Assembly (NCBI GenBank): GCA_963828255.1
Contig: CAWHDZ010000028.1
Coordinates: forward strand, 8,489 to 72,488
Length of the DNA: 64,000 nucleotides
Reading direction: 5' to 3'
Source of the DNA: an uncultured delta proteobacterium
GTDB lineage: Bacteria > Myxococcota > Myxococcia > Myxococcales > Anaeromyxobacteraceae
Positions 55,094 through 64,000 of this stretch are shown here, piece by piece. Position 1 is the stretch's first letter; each line of letters starts with the position of its first letter. The position numbers and the translations under genes are program-made. The notes below the pieces were generated by a model. That model ran no database searches. It was not told where the DNA came from and saw only the letters and a list, made by a program, of their open reading frames with translations.

Positions 55094-55618
55094 ATGCGAA
55101 GACTCGCCTTGCTCGCCACGCTCCTCGCCGGGTGCGCGCACGCCCCTTCCGGTCCGCCGCTCCGGACCGTCGAGCGGGTCGATCTGCAGCGCTACCTGGG
55201 CAAGTGGTTCGAGATCGCCACCATCCCCATGTCCTTCCAGAAGGGCTGCGTGGGCGTCACCGCGACCTACTCGCTGCGCAAGGACGGCGACATCGACGTC
55301 GTGAACACCTGCCGCAAGGAGACGCTCGACGGGCCCGAGCGCTCGGTCGAGGGCAAGGCGTGGTCGGTCAATCCATCCAACGCGAAGCTGGAGGTCCAGT
55401 TCTTCTGGCCCTTCCACGGCGCCTACTGGGTCGTCGACCTCGACCCGGACTACCGGTGGGCGGTGGTGGGCCACCCCAGCCGCACGTATCTCTGGATCCT
55501 CTCCCGGACACCTCAGATGGACGAGGCCACGTACCAGGGCATCCTCTCCCGGCTCCGGGCCCAGTCCTACGACCTGGCACTCCTGGTGAAAACCCCGCAA
55601 CTCCCCGCGAAGGGCTGA
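55094..55618 (+). CDS. blc: Bacterial lipocalin lipoprotein
   Basis: Lipobox LLAGC; DLQRYLGKWFEIA, YWVVDLDPDY, YLWILSRTP. Confidence 0.92.
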   Translation: MRRLALLATLLAGCAHAPSGPPLRTVERVDLQRYLGKWFEIATIPMSFQKGCVGVTATYSLRKDGDIDVVNTCRKETLDGPERSVEGKAWSVNPSNAKLEVQFFWPFHGAYWVVDLDPDYRWAVVGHPSRTYLWILSRTPQMDEATYQGILSRLRAQSYDLALLVKTPQLPAKG

Positions 55619-55625
55619 TCGTCCC

Positions 55626-56597
55626 ATGGCCGCCAGGAAGCGCCCCGCAACGAAGTCCGGACGCCCCCGCCAGCGGCGCGGGGTGAAGCTGCAACCCACC
55701 ACGCTGGCTGCCGCCGACCTGCGCATCGTCGATCCCTCGCCCGAGCTGGCCGAGCTCTCCCGGGCCATCGAGGCCGACGGTGGAGCCGTGCTGGCCGCCT
55801 ACCGGGAGCCGCTGGGCGGCCACGCGCTCCTCTTCGCCGCGCTGCCGCTCGACAAGGTGGAGCGGACGAGCTTCCAGCGCGATGTCTCCGACGGCCACGT
55901 CCGCAAGCTCACCGTGGCCATGGACAAGACCCGCCGCTACCTCGACCCGATCATCGCCGTCCGCGTCGGCGACCGCTACCTGACGCCGAACGGCGGCCAC
56001 CGGCTCACCGCGCTGAAGGAACTGGGGGCCAAGGCCGTGCTCGCGCTGGTGGTGCCGGAGAAGGCGGTCGCCTACCAGATCCTCGCGCTCAACATCGAGA
56101 AGGCCCACAACCTCCGGGAGCGCGCCCAGGAGGTGGCCCGGATGTACCGTGACCTGGCGGCGACGGGCGAGGCGCGCGAGACCGAAATGGCACTCGAGTT
56201 CGAGGAGGCGGCCCTCGCCACGCTGGGCTTCGCCTACGAGAAGAGGCCGCGCCTCTCCGGCGGCGCATACCACCCCATCCTTCGCAAGGTGGACGCGTTC
56301 CTGGACCGGAAGCTCTCCGCCGCGGCGGTGGAGCGGGAACGGCGCGCCGACGTCGTCCTCGCCTTCGACGAGGCGGTCACCGCGGCGGTGGCTCGCCTGA
56401 AGGAGCGCGGCTTCGACTCCCCGTACCTGCGCAACTTCGTGGTGGCGCGGGTGAACCCGCTGCGCTTCGTCAAGGGCCAGCCGCCGGGATTCGACGAGCT
56501 CTTCGCCCAGATGACGAAACGCGCGACCGGGATGGACCCGGGCAAGATCAGGAGCGAGGACGTGGCCCGTAGCGGGGGCGCCGCGGATCCCGAGTAG
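55626..56597 (+). CDS. ParB/Srx N-terminal domain protein
   Basis: FQRD, LDPII, TPNGGHRLTAL, ILALNIEKAHNLRER. Confidence 0.8.
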   Translation: MAARKRPATKSGRPRQRRGVKLQPTTLAAADLRIVDPSPELAELSRAIEADGGAVLAAYREPLGGHALLFAALPLDKVERTSFQRDVSDGHVRKLTVAMDKTRRYLDPIIAVRVGDRYLTPNGGHRLTALKELGAKAVLALVVPEKAVAYQILALNIEKAHNLRERAQEVARMYRDLAATGEARETEMALEFEEAALATLGFAYEKRPRLSGGAYHPILRKVDAFLDRKLSAAAVERERRADVVLAFDEAVTAAVARLKERGFDSPYLRNFVVARVNPLRFVKGQPPGFDELFAQMTKRATGMDPGKIRSEDVARSGGAADPE

Positions 56598-56629
56598 CGG
56601 CGTGTTCGCTCCGGGCGCCTTCGGAGGCG

Positions 56630-57115
56630 TCACGAGGAGGGGCGCTTGCTCCCCTTGCCCGCGACCACCAGGCGCTCCTCCAGGCCGTGCCCGATCGCCG
56701 CGAGGTCGCCCGGCGCGACGCTCTCCTCGAGCCGCCCGAACAGCTCCCGCTCCTCCCACCGCACGTGCCGCTCGAGCAGGTCGGCGAACGCGAGCAGCGG
56801 CGCCCGCCGGCTCGCCTGCCGGGCGGACCGGGCCTCGACGAGCAGGTCGCGCAGCTGCCGGTGCTCGTCCTTCAGGCGCCGTCCGTCCTCCGAGGTCAGG
56901 TGGCGGCCGAGCAGATCCTCCTCGGCCTGGAGGTGGACGAGGAACACCGACTCCTCGAACCGCCTCGCCAGGACGACGAGCCCGTCCAGGTCGCGCGGGG
57001 CCCCCGCCGTCTCGGCGTGCCCCGCGATCGCCTTCTTCAGCTGGAAGGCGACGAGCAGGGCCTGATGATGCTCGCTCGAGAGGGGACGGAGCTCCCGGCT
57101 GCGCTTCGCGGCCAT
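56630..57115 (-). CDS. Hemerythrin-domain protein
   Basis: LRPLSSEHHQAL, HLQAEE, EH, HVRWEERELF. Confidence 0.85.
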   Translation of the reverse strand: MAAKRSRELRPLSSEHHQALLVAFQLKKAIAGHAETAGAPRDLDGLVVLARRFEESVFLVHLQAEEDLLGRHLTSEDGRRLKDEHRQLRDLLVEARSARQASRRAPLLAFADLLERHVRWEERELFGRLEESVAPGDLAAIGHGLEERLVVAGKGSKRPSS

Positions 57116-57261
57116 GCGGGGTTTCTAATGCCGCCGCGGCTGGCGGGCCCGACTTGGAGGCCTTTCCGCGAGGGATTGCCTTTCCAAGGAGGGGTCGCAC
57201 ATGCGACGGTCCACCTCGACCCGTTCGGTAGGATGGCCGCCACCTGTCGAGCCCCCGTCAC

Positions 57262-58257
57262 ATGATGCAGCCCGGACAAGCGAGGCCCCCGGAGGCCGAC
57301 GGAGAGAGGGCCCCTTCTGCCCCGCATTCCGGACCGGGTGCCTATGTGCGCCTGGCAAGGCCAGACAACTGGTTCAAGAACATCTTCGTCATCCCCGGTG
57401 CCGTGGTCGCCGCGAAGCTGACCGGTGCATCGCCGGCGACGTGGTGGTGGCCCTTCGTCATCGCGATGGCGTCGACCTGTGCCATCGCATCGGCGAACTA
57501 CGTCCTCAACGAGTGGCTGGATCGCGACTTCGACCGCCATCACCCCGAGAAGTCGAAGAGACCGTCCGTGAGGCAGCCGCTCAATCCCTGGATCGTCTAC
57601 CTGGAGTACGTGGTGCTCGCCGTGGGAGGGCTGGCCGCCGCGGCGACGGTGTCGGTCGAGCTGGCCGTCGCCGAGGCTTCCCTGCTCGCCATGGGCGTCG
57701 TCTACAACGTGAGGCCGGTTCGATCCAAGGAACGCGCCTACTGGGATGTGCTCTCGGAGGCCATCAACAACCCGATCCGGCTCCTGATCGGATGGTTCTC
57801 GGTCGCGCCGGGTACCTTCCCTCCTTCCAGCTTCCTCTTCGCCTACTGGATGGGGGGCGCCTACCTGATGGGCATCAAGCGTTACTCCGAGTTCCGGGCC
57901 ATCAACGACCCGGAGATCGCAGGGCTGTACCGGCGGTCGTTCCGATCCTATTCCGAGCCGAAATTGCTCCTGATGGCGATCCTCTACGCGCTCCTGGCCG
58001 TCTCCATGGGGAGCGTGTTCCTCGTCAAGTATCGAATCGAGCTCATCCTCGCGGTGCCCTTCGTGTGCGTTCAGTTCGCCTGGTATTTCGCCATCGGCCT
58101 GAAGCCGAACTCCGCGGCGCAGCATCCGGAACGCATGTGGCGAGAGGGACCCTTCTCCCTGTACTCGCTCTTCGTCGTCCTGCTCCTGCTGTTCGGCCTG
58201 TTCGTGCGCATCCCGGCACTTCACGTGCTGCTCCGGCAGGCCTTCGTGGTGGACTAG
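57262..58257 (+). CDS. UbiA-family prenyltransferase, decaprenyl-phosphate phosphoribosyltransferase-like
   Basis: RPDNWFKNIFV, YVLNEWLDRDFDRHHPEKSKRP, KRYSE; multiple TM helices. Confidence 0.85.
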   Translation: MMQPGQARPPEADGERAPSAPHSGPGAYVRLARPDNWFKNIFVIPGAVVAAKLTGASPATWWWPFVIAMASTCAIASANYVLNEWLDRDFDRHHPEKSKRPSVRQPLNPWIVYLEYVVLAVGGLAAAATVSVELAVAEASLLAMGVVYNVRPVRSKERAYWDVLSEAINNPIRLLIGWFSVAPGTFPPSSFLFAYWMGGAYLMGIKRYSEFRAINDPEIAGLYRRSFRSYSEPKLLLMAILYALLAVSMGSVFLVKYRIELILAVPFVCVQFAWYFAIGLKPNSAAQHPERMWREGPFSLYSLFVVLLLLFGLFVRIPALHVLLRQAFVVD

Positions 58258-58335
58258 CCAGCGGGCTCCCGGGCACGAGGAACGTCCTCCGTCCCGCCGG
58301 CAGCCCCATGCTAGGTTCCCGGCCCGAGGCTGCCA

Positions 58336-59049
58336 TTGAAGGAACACTCCCCGTCGCAGAGCGCGATCCGCGGCCGCCTCCTCTGGGCAGGGGGAATCAC
58401 GGTCGCCGCGGTGGCGGTGTTCGTGCTGGCGGAATGGCACGGGCGTGTGTCGCGCGCCCAATTCCACCCGCCCCCCGCGCTCGCGCAGCGCCCGGCGGGC
58501 AGCGTGGGCAGTGCGGCCGACGCGTTCGTGATCTGGAAGGGGTCGGGCGTGAGGGGGCGGCGGCTCGTCCTGCTCACGGGCCAGTGGGGGAACCCGGGTC
58601 GAGCACCCGGCGCCGCGGGGGCGACCGGCGGCGTCAGTGCGGCCGGCGCCCCGTACTGGGCGGCCCGCCTGGGACTGGTGCGGTCGTTCGACGTGGTCAT
58701 GCCGCCTGCCGCCTTCGAAGGGCAGCGCGCCGCGGACGCGGCCCACAGCGTCTTCCGGCCGGAGGACGGCGCCTACCGGCACGACCTCCACGGGCTCCGG
58801 CTCCGCTTCTCGCTTCCTGGCGCGCTCGTCCCCCCGGCCGAGCCCGCGCTCGTGCTCATCGAGCCGACCTGGTTCCGGCCGGGCGCGCCGGCGGACCCGC
58901 TCGCCTGGCTCGCCTCCGTCGGCGTGCGAACCGACCTGGCCCTCGTCGCGCTGGACGACCCGGCGGCAACCGAGTCGGATCGACGCGCCGCGGAGGAGTA
59001 CGTCCGGGCCGCTCGCGTGCCCCGGCTCGAGGTCGAGTGGACGCCGTGA
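58336..59049 (+). CDS. Hypothetical membrane-anchored protein
   Basis: TTG start, single N-terminal TM helix; stop overlaps the next gene's GTG. Confidence 0.55.
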   Translation: MKEHSPSQSAIRGRLLWAGGITVAAVAVFVLAEWHGRVSRAQFHPPPALAQRPAGSVGSAADAFVIWKGSGVRGRRLVLLTGQWGNPGRAPGAAGATGGVSAAGAPYWAARLGLVRSFDVVMPPAAFEGQRAADAAHSVFRPEDGAYRHDLHGLRLRFSLPGALVPPAEPALVLIEPTWFRPGAPADPLAWLASVGVRTDLALVALDDPAATESDRRAAEEYVRAARVPRLEVEWTP

Positions 59050-60356
59050 GTGCACCGGGCCTGGACCGCCGACTGGGGATCGCGCTCGCCGCGGTGACCC
59101 TGGTCGCGCTCGCCCTGCGCATCGCCGGGCTCTCCGACCAGCCCGTGCACGGAGACGACCTGCTCGCCGGCCAGACCGCCCGCAACTTCGTCGAGTTTGG
59201 CTGGCCCGGCCCGACCATGTGGCACCACCCCCGGCTCCGGGACCTGCTCGTCTACTGGAGCACCGACGCGCTGGGCGCGGGCCCGTGGGGGCTCAAGGTC
59301 TGGAGCGTCCTGCTCGGAACGCTGTGCGTCCCCGCGACCGGTTGCCTGGTGTGGGGCGTCGGCAGGAACCGCACGGGCGCGATCCTCGCGGCCGCGATCG
59401 TCGCGACCGATCCCCTCCACATCGATTTCTCCCGGCAGGCCATCAACGACGTCCACGTCGCCTTCTTCCCGGTCGCTGCGATCCTCGCGCTCCTGGCCTA
59501 CGCGAAGCACCGGCGGCCGTGGCAGGTCGTCGCCGCCGGGGTCCTCCTGGCGCTCGGGATGGCCTCGAAGTGGAGCGCCGCGTTCCCGGTCGCCGCGGCC
59601 GCCGCGCTGACGATCCCCGCCGTGGTCGCGGCGGCGGGCTCGCGGCGGGCGAGGGCCGCCGAACTCGCGCTCGACGTCGCCGCGCTGGTCCTGCTTCCCG
59701 CCGCCCTGTACGTGCTCACGTTCTGGCCCTGGTTCGGCCGGGGCCACGACCTCCTCGAGTTCGTCCGCTTCCAGGGCGCCATGGGGAAGACGGCCGTCAC
59801 GACCACCGGCTACGCCGGGACGATGGTCGCGGGATACCAGGGCTACCTCATCGGTGCATGGCGGTGGTTCCTCCAGCCGGTCTGGTGGGTGGACGCCGCC
59901 CCGGCGGCGGGCGGTGGCGGTGGCGTTCTCTTCCTGCCCGGCGTCGGGAACCCGGTCACCTGGATGGCAACCTTGCCGTCGGCGGGATGGGCCGCTTGGC
60001 GGTGGTTCCACTCGCGGGACCGCGCCGCCGGCACCCTGCTGGTCCTCTGGCTCGCCGCCTACCTTCCGTTCGTGCTCGTTCAGCGGCCGATCTGGGTGAA
60101 CGCCGCGGTCATCGTCGTCCCGTTCTGGGCGGCGCTGGTCGGGCTGGCGGCTGCCAGCCTGTGGGAGCGTGCCCGCATCCTGGTGGCTGCGTGGGCTGCG
60201 GTCGCGGCGGTGGCCGCGCTGCTGCTCTGGGTCCCGGTGACCGGGCGCCGGTTCGGCCCCTCCGACGCCGTCGTCCGGGCGCTCGTACCCCCCCTCGCCC
60301 TCGATCCGGCATCCCATCCGGAGACCTCGTTCTTCGGCGTGGACGTCGGGCCGTGA
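59046..60356 (+). CDS. GT-C fold glycosyltransferase (PMT/ArnT, GT39-like)
   Basis: DD after TM1, HHP, DPLHIDFSRQAIND, ASKWS, GNPVTW; many TM helices. Confidence 0.82.
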   Translation: MSAPGLDRRLGIALAAVTLVALALRIAGLSDQPVHGDDLLAGQTARNFVEFGWPGPTMWHHPRLRDLLVYWSTDALGAGPWGLKVWSVLLGTLCVPATGCLVWGVGRNRTGAILAAAIVATDPLHIDFSRQAINDVHVAFFPVAAILALLAYAKHRRPWQVVAAGVLLALGMASKWSAAFPVAAAAALTIPAVVAAAGSRRARAAELALDVAALVLLPAALYVLTFWPWFGRGHDLLEFVRFQGAMGKTAVTTTGYAGTMVAGYQGYLIGAWRWFLQPVWWVDAAPAAGGGGGVLFLPGVGNPVTWMATLPSAGWAAWRWFHSRDRAAGTLLVLWLAAYLPFVLVQRPIWVNAAVIVVPFWAALVGLAAASLWERARILVAAWAAVAAVAALLLWVPVTGRRFGPSDAVVRALVPPLALDPASHPETSFFGVDVGP

Positions 60357-60386
60357 CCGGAGCCAGGTGCCGGCATCGCCCAGCCC

Positions 60387-60415
60387 TTGACGCTGTGCGT
60401 CGAAGGGACTAAACA
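60387..60415 (+). promoter_or_regulatory. Sigma70-type promoter candidate for fadIJ
   Basis: TTGACG-N17-TAAACA, 42 nt upstream of the fadI ATG. Confidence 0.55.
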
Positions 60416-60427
60416 GATCAAAGGGCT

Positions 60428-60445
60428 GTTGATTCAAAAATCAAC
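60428..60445. promoter_or_regulatory. Palindromic operator candidate GTTGATT-CAAA-AATCAAC
   Basis: Perfect 7-bp inverted arms between the promoter and the fadI start. Confidence 0.6.
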
Positions 60446-60457
60446 CCGGGGGTCGCC

Positions 60458-61804
60458 ATGTCCCGTAACCGGAAGCACCGGCACCATCACTCGCGCTCCC
60501 CGTCCGACGGCTCGCCCCCTTCCCGCGTGGCGGTGGTGGCCGGGCTGCGCACCCCGTTCCTCAAGTCCGGGGGAGACTTCAAGGACCTGACCGCCGTGGA
60601 TCTCGGCGCCGTCCTGGTGAACGAGCTCGTCGCCCGCAGCGGCCTCGCCCTCTCCGAGTTCGACGCCCTCATCTTCGGCCAGGTCATCCCCTCGCAGCTC
60701 TCCTCGCTCATCGGACGCGAGGTGGTGCTGCGCACCGAGCTGCCGCGGACGCTTCCGGCACACACCACCTCCCGGGCCTGCGCCACCTCGATCCAGGCGG
60801 CCACCGAGGCGGCCGACCAGATCCTCCTCGGCCACGCCGACACGGTCATCGCCGGCGGCGCCGAGTCCCTCTCCGACGCGCCCATCTTCGCGTCTCACAA
60901 GCTGGCCCAGGCGCTCGTGAACGCCTCCCGTGCGCGCAGCGTCCCCGAGCGAGTCCGGGCCTTCGCCGGCCTCTCCCTGAAGGACGCGGCGCCGGTCCCG
61001 CCGGCCCTGAAGGAGCCGACCACCGGCCTCACCATGGGCGAGAGCGCCCAGAAGATGGCCTGGGAGAACGGCATCAGCCGCGAGGCCCAGGATCGCTTCG
61101 CGCAGGAGAGCCACCGCAAGGCTGCCGACGCCTGGGCCAGCGGCAAGTTCGCCGAGGAGGTGATGGCGGTCGAGGTTCCCCCCCGCTTCCTGAAGGTCTC
61201 CGCCGCCGACAACAACGTCCGCGCCGACACCACCTTCGAGGCGCTGGCTGCGCTGAAGCCGGTCTTCGACCGTCGCTACGGCACCATCACCGCCGGAAAC
61301 GCCTCGCCCCTGACCGACGGGGCGGCCGCGGTCATCCTCATGTCGGAGGGGCGGGCCCGCGAGCTCGGGGTCACGCCGCTCGGGTTCCTGCGCGCCTACG
61401 CCTACGCCGCCACCGACCCCGGCGACCAGTTGCTCCAGGGGCCAGCCTACGCCGCACCCATCGCCCTCGACCGCGCCGGCCTGGCCCTCGGAGACATGGA
61501 CGTCGTGGAGATGCACGAGGCCTTCGCGGCCCAGGTGCTCTCCAACCTCCAGGCCTTCGCCTCCCGGAAGTTCGCCGAGGAGAAGCTGGGGCGCCCGGGC
61601 CCGCTCGGCGAGATCGACCCGGCCCGGCTCAACCCCAACGGCGGGTCGATCCCGCTCGGGCACCCCTTCGGCGCCACCGGCGCCCGCATGATCACCCAGG
61701 CGCTGCGCGAGCTGGCGCGCCGCAAGGGGCGCCACGCGCTGCTCACCGTCTGCGCCGCCGGCGGTCTCGGCGCCGCGGTCGTCCTCGACGGTCCGGAGGC
61801 CTGA
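60458..61804 (+). CDS. fadI: Acetyl-CoA C-acyltransferase (thiolase)
   Basis: GLRTPF, RACATS, NASPLTDGA, MHEAFAAQ, GHPFGATG, CAAGGLG. Confidence 0.92.
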   Translation: MSRNRKHRHHHSRSPSDGSPPSRVAVVAGLRTPFLKSGGDFKDLTAVDLGAVLVNELVARSGLALSEFDALIFGQVIPSQLSSLIGREVVLRTELPRTLPAHTTSRACATSIQAATEAADQILLGHADTVIAGGAESLSDAPIFASHKLAQALVNASRARSVPERVRAFAGLSLKDAAPVPPALKEPTTGLTMGESAQKMAWENGISREAQDRFAQESHRKAADAWASGKFAEEVMAVEVPPRFLKVSAADNNVRADTTFEALAALKPVFDRRYGTITAGNASPLTDGAAAVILMSEGRARELGVTPLGFLRAYAYAATDPGDQLLQGPAYAAPIALDRAGLALGDMDVVEMHEAFAAQVLSNLQAFASRKFAEEKLGRPGPLGEIDPARLNPNGGSIPLGHPFGATGARMITQALRELARRKGRHALLTVCAAGGLGAAVVLDGPEA

Positions 61805-61805
61805 C

Positions 61806-63980
61806 ATGACCACCAGTGAATGGAAGAACTACCGGGTCGAGATCCAGGACGGCGTGGCCACCGTCCTCGTTGACGTGCCCGGCGAGCCCGTGAACACCCT
61901 CTCCCGGGAGACCGGCGCCGAGTTCGGCGCGGTGCTCGACGCGCTGGAAAAGGACGCGGCCGTGAAGGCCGTGGTGGTCGCCAGCGGCAAGAAGGACGGC
62001 TTCGTGGCCGGGGCCAAGATCGAGATGCTGCGCGACGTGAAGGACGCCGCCGAGGCCGCCGAGCTCTCCCGGGACGCCCAGGCCGGCTTCGACCGGCTGG
62101 AGAGGTTCGGCAAGCCCGTGGTGGCGGCGATCCACGGCGCCTGCCTGGGCGGCGGGCTCGAGTGGGCCATGGCCTGCCACTACCGGGTGGTCTCGAACGA
62201 CAAGAAGACCCAGCTCGGCCTCCCCGAGGTGCAGCTCGGCGTCATCCCCGGCGCGGGCGGGACGCAACGCCTTCCCAGGCTGGTGGGCATCGCCACCGCC
62301 CTGGACCTCATCCTGGCCGGCAAGACGGTCAAGCCGAAGAAGGCGCTCTCCATCGGCCTGGTGGACGAGTCGGTGCCGCCGGCGCTGCTGCTGGACGTGG
62401 CCCAGGCCCGGGCCCGCGCGCTGGCCGACGGCGAGAAGCTGCGCCCCGCCGCGCCAGGGGTGGTGGACCGGCTGAAGAAGGACCCCCAGGCCACGTTGCA
62501 GAAGCTCGCCCTCGAGGAGAACTTCCTGGGGCGCGAGGTGCTCTTCCGCCAGGCCAGGAAGACGCTCCTCGAGAAGACGAAGGGGCACTACCCGGCGCCG
62601 GTGGCCGCGCTCGAGGCCATCCAGGCCGGGGTGGAGAAGGGCATGCAGGCCGGGCTCGAGATCGAGGCCCGCCTCTTCGGCGACCTGGCCGTCTCCCCGG
62701 TGGCCCGGGAACTCATGGGGATCTTCTTTGCCACCACGGCGCTCAAGAAGGACAACGGCACCTCCGACCCCTCGGTGCGGGGGCGCGAGGTCCAGTCGGT
62801 GGGAATCCTGGGCGGGGGCCTCATGGGCTCGGGCATCGCCTACGTCACCGTGAACGCCGGCGTCCCGGTGCGCATCCGCGAGAGGGACGACGCCGCGGTG
62901 GCGCGCTCCTTCGCCGCGGTGGCCGGGATCTTCGACGGCCGGGTCAGGAAGCGCTCCATGGACCGGCTGGAGAAGCTGGCCCGCATGCGGCTCCTCACCG
63001 CCGGCACCGGCTGGGAGGGCATGGAGCGGGTGGACGTCCTGGTCGAGGCGGTCTTCGAGGACCTGAAGCTGAAGCAGGAGATGCTGCGCACCTTCGAGAC
63101 CCTGAACCCGAAGGGCATCTTCGCCACCAACACCTCCTCGATCCCCATCGGCGACATCGCGTCTGCGTCCGGCCACCCCGAGACGGTGCTCGGAATGCAC
63201 TACTTCTCCCCGGTGAACAGGATGCCGCTGCTCGAGGTGATCGTGACCCCGCGCACCTCCGACGAGGTCACGGCCACCGCGGTGGCGCTCGGCAAGAAGC
63301 AGGGGAAGACGGTCATCGTGGTCGGCGACGGCCCGGGTTTCTACACCAGCCGCGTGCTCGCCCCGTACATGAACGAGGCGGTCCTGCTGCTCATCGAGGG
63401 GGCGTCGGTGGAGGACATCGACGGGGCGCTGACCGGCTTCGGCTTCCCGGTGGGGCCGATGACCCTGCTCGACGAGGTGGGGATCGACGTGGGCGCCAAG
63501 GTGGCCAAGGTGATGCACGGCGCCTTCGGGGAGCGCATGTCGGTGCCCGAGGTGATGGGCAAGGTCATCGAGTCCGGAAGGCTCGGCCGGAAGAACGGCA
63601 AGGGCTTCTACACCTACGGTGATCCAAAGCGGAAGAAGGTCGTCGACGTCACCGTCTACGACGGGCTCCCCGGCGGGCGCCGGCGCAAGAGGATCGACCG
63701 GGACGAGATCGTCGAGCGCTGCGTGCTGCAGATGGTGAACGAGGCGGCGCTCACCCTCGGTGAGGGGATCCTGCGCAGCGCGCGCGACGGCGACGTGGGC
63801 GCGGTCTTCGGCCTGGGCTTCCCACCCTTCCGGGGTGGTCCGTTCCGCTGGATCGACGCCGAGGGCAGCGCTCGCGTGCTCGAGCGCATGCGCCGCCTCG
63901 AGGGGCGCCTCGGCCTGCGCTTCCGTCCCGCACCGCTGCTCGTCGAGCGGGGACTGTCGGGCCGACAATTCCACGAGTGA
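61806..63980 (+). CDS. fadJ: Fatty acid oxidation complex alpha subunit
   Basis: Enoyl-CoA hydratase (GACLGGGLE, LGLPEVQLG..PGAGGTQRLPRL) plus 3-hydroxyacyl-CoA dehydrogenase (GGGLMGSG, EAVFEDL, NTSS, MHYFSPV). Confidence 0.93.
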   Translation: MTTSEWKNYRVEIQDGVATVLVDVPGEPVNTLSRETGAEFGAVLDALEKDAAVKAVVVASGKKDGFVAGAKIEMLRDVKDAAEAAELSRDAQAGFDRLERFGKPVVAAIHGACLGGGLEWAMACHYRVVSNDKKTQLGLPEVQLGVIPGAGGTQRLPRLVGIATALDLILAGKTVKPKKALSIGLVDESVPPALLLDVAQARARALADGEKLRPAAPGVVDRLKKDPQATLQKLALEENFLGREVLFRQARKTLLEKTKGHYPAPVAALEAIQAGVEKGMQAGLEIEARLFGDLAVSPVARELMGIFFATTALKKDNGTSDPSVRGREVQSVGILGGGLMGSGIAYVTVNAGVPVRIRERDDAAVARSFAAVAGIFDGRVRKRSMDRLEKLARMRLLTAGTGWEGMERVDVLVEAVFEDLKLKQEMLRTFETLNPKGIFATNTSSIPIGDIASASGHPETVLGMHYFSPVNRMPLLEVIVTPRTSDEVTATAVALGKKQGKTVIVVGDGPGFYTSRVLAPYMNEAVLLLIEGASVEDIDGALTGFGFPVGPMTLLDEVGIDVGAKVAKVMHGAFGERMSVPEVMGKVIESGRLGRKNGKGFYTYGDPKRKKVVDVTVYDGLPGGRRRKRIDRDEIVERCVLQMVNEAALTLGEGILRSARDGDVGAVFGLGFPPFRGGPFRWIDAEGSARVLERMRRLEGRLGLRFRPAPLLVERGLSGRQFHE

Positions 63981-64000
63981 GCAACTCTCTGACACCGGGC

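Noticed and set aside
57201..60356. 1051-aa ORF with an AAGGAGG upstream and a GTCGCA-CA-TGCGAC palindrome over its ATG
   Set aside because: The first ~615 aa are Arg/Pro/Gly-rich shadow-frame sequence overlapping the UbiA and hypothetical genes; only 59046-60356 resembles a real protein. The RBS-like element may be coincidental.

Overview
Very GC-rich, gene-dense bacterial chromosome segment. Gene content (futalosine menaquinone pathway, multiheme cytochromes, ftp-like type III PKS cluster, AgmX/PglI-type protein) points to an Anaeromyxobacter-like Myxococcota genome; this is inference. About 57 CDS. Housekeeping genes: ettA, hisG-murA-prmC-prfA, truA, clpB, gpsA, rnz, fadI-fadJ. Other loci: a near-complete futalosine cluster with an MqnA-MqnC fusion, a fused CcsBA heme lyase, an octaheme HAO-family cytochrome followed by a molybdopterin oxidoreductase, a 10-heme cytochrome followed by two paralogous CxxC-less thioredoxin-fold/TPR proteins, a type III PKS-methyltransferase-ACP-FAAL-monooxygenase cluster, and a DPPR-synthase-like/GT-C locus. 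No rRNA, tRNA, CRISPR array or transposase was seen. The strongest non-coding signals are a candidate ~155-nt structured RNA between clpB and a DUF3014 gene, a 30-bp triple-box palindrome upstream of an SPFH-RHH operon, and an 18-bp palindrome in the fadIJ promoter. Two genes have apparent single-base frameshifts in G/C homopolymers. All calls come from motif reading by eye; no database search was run.
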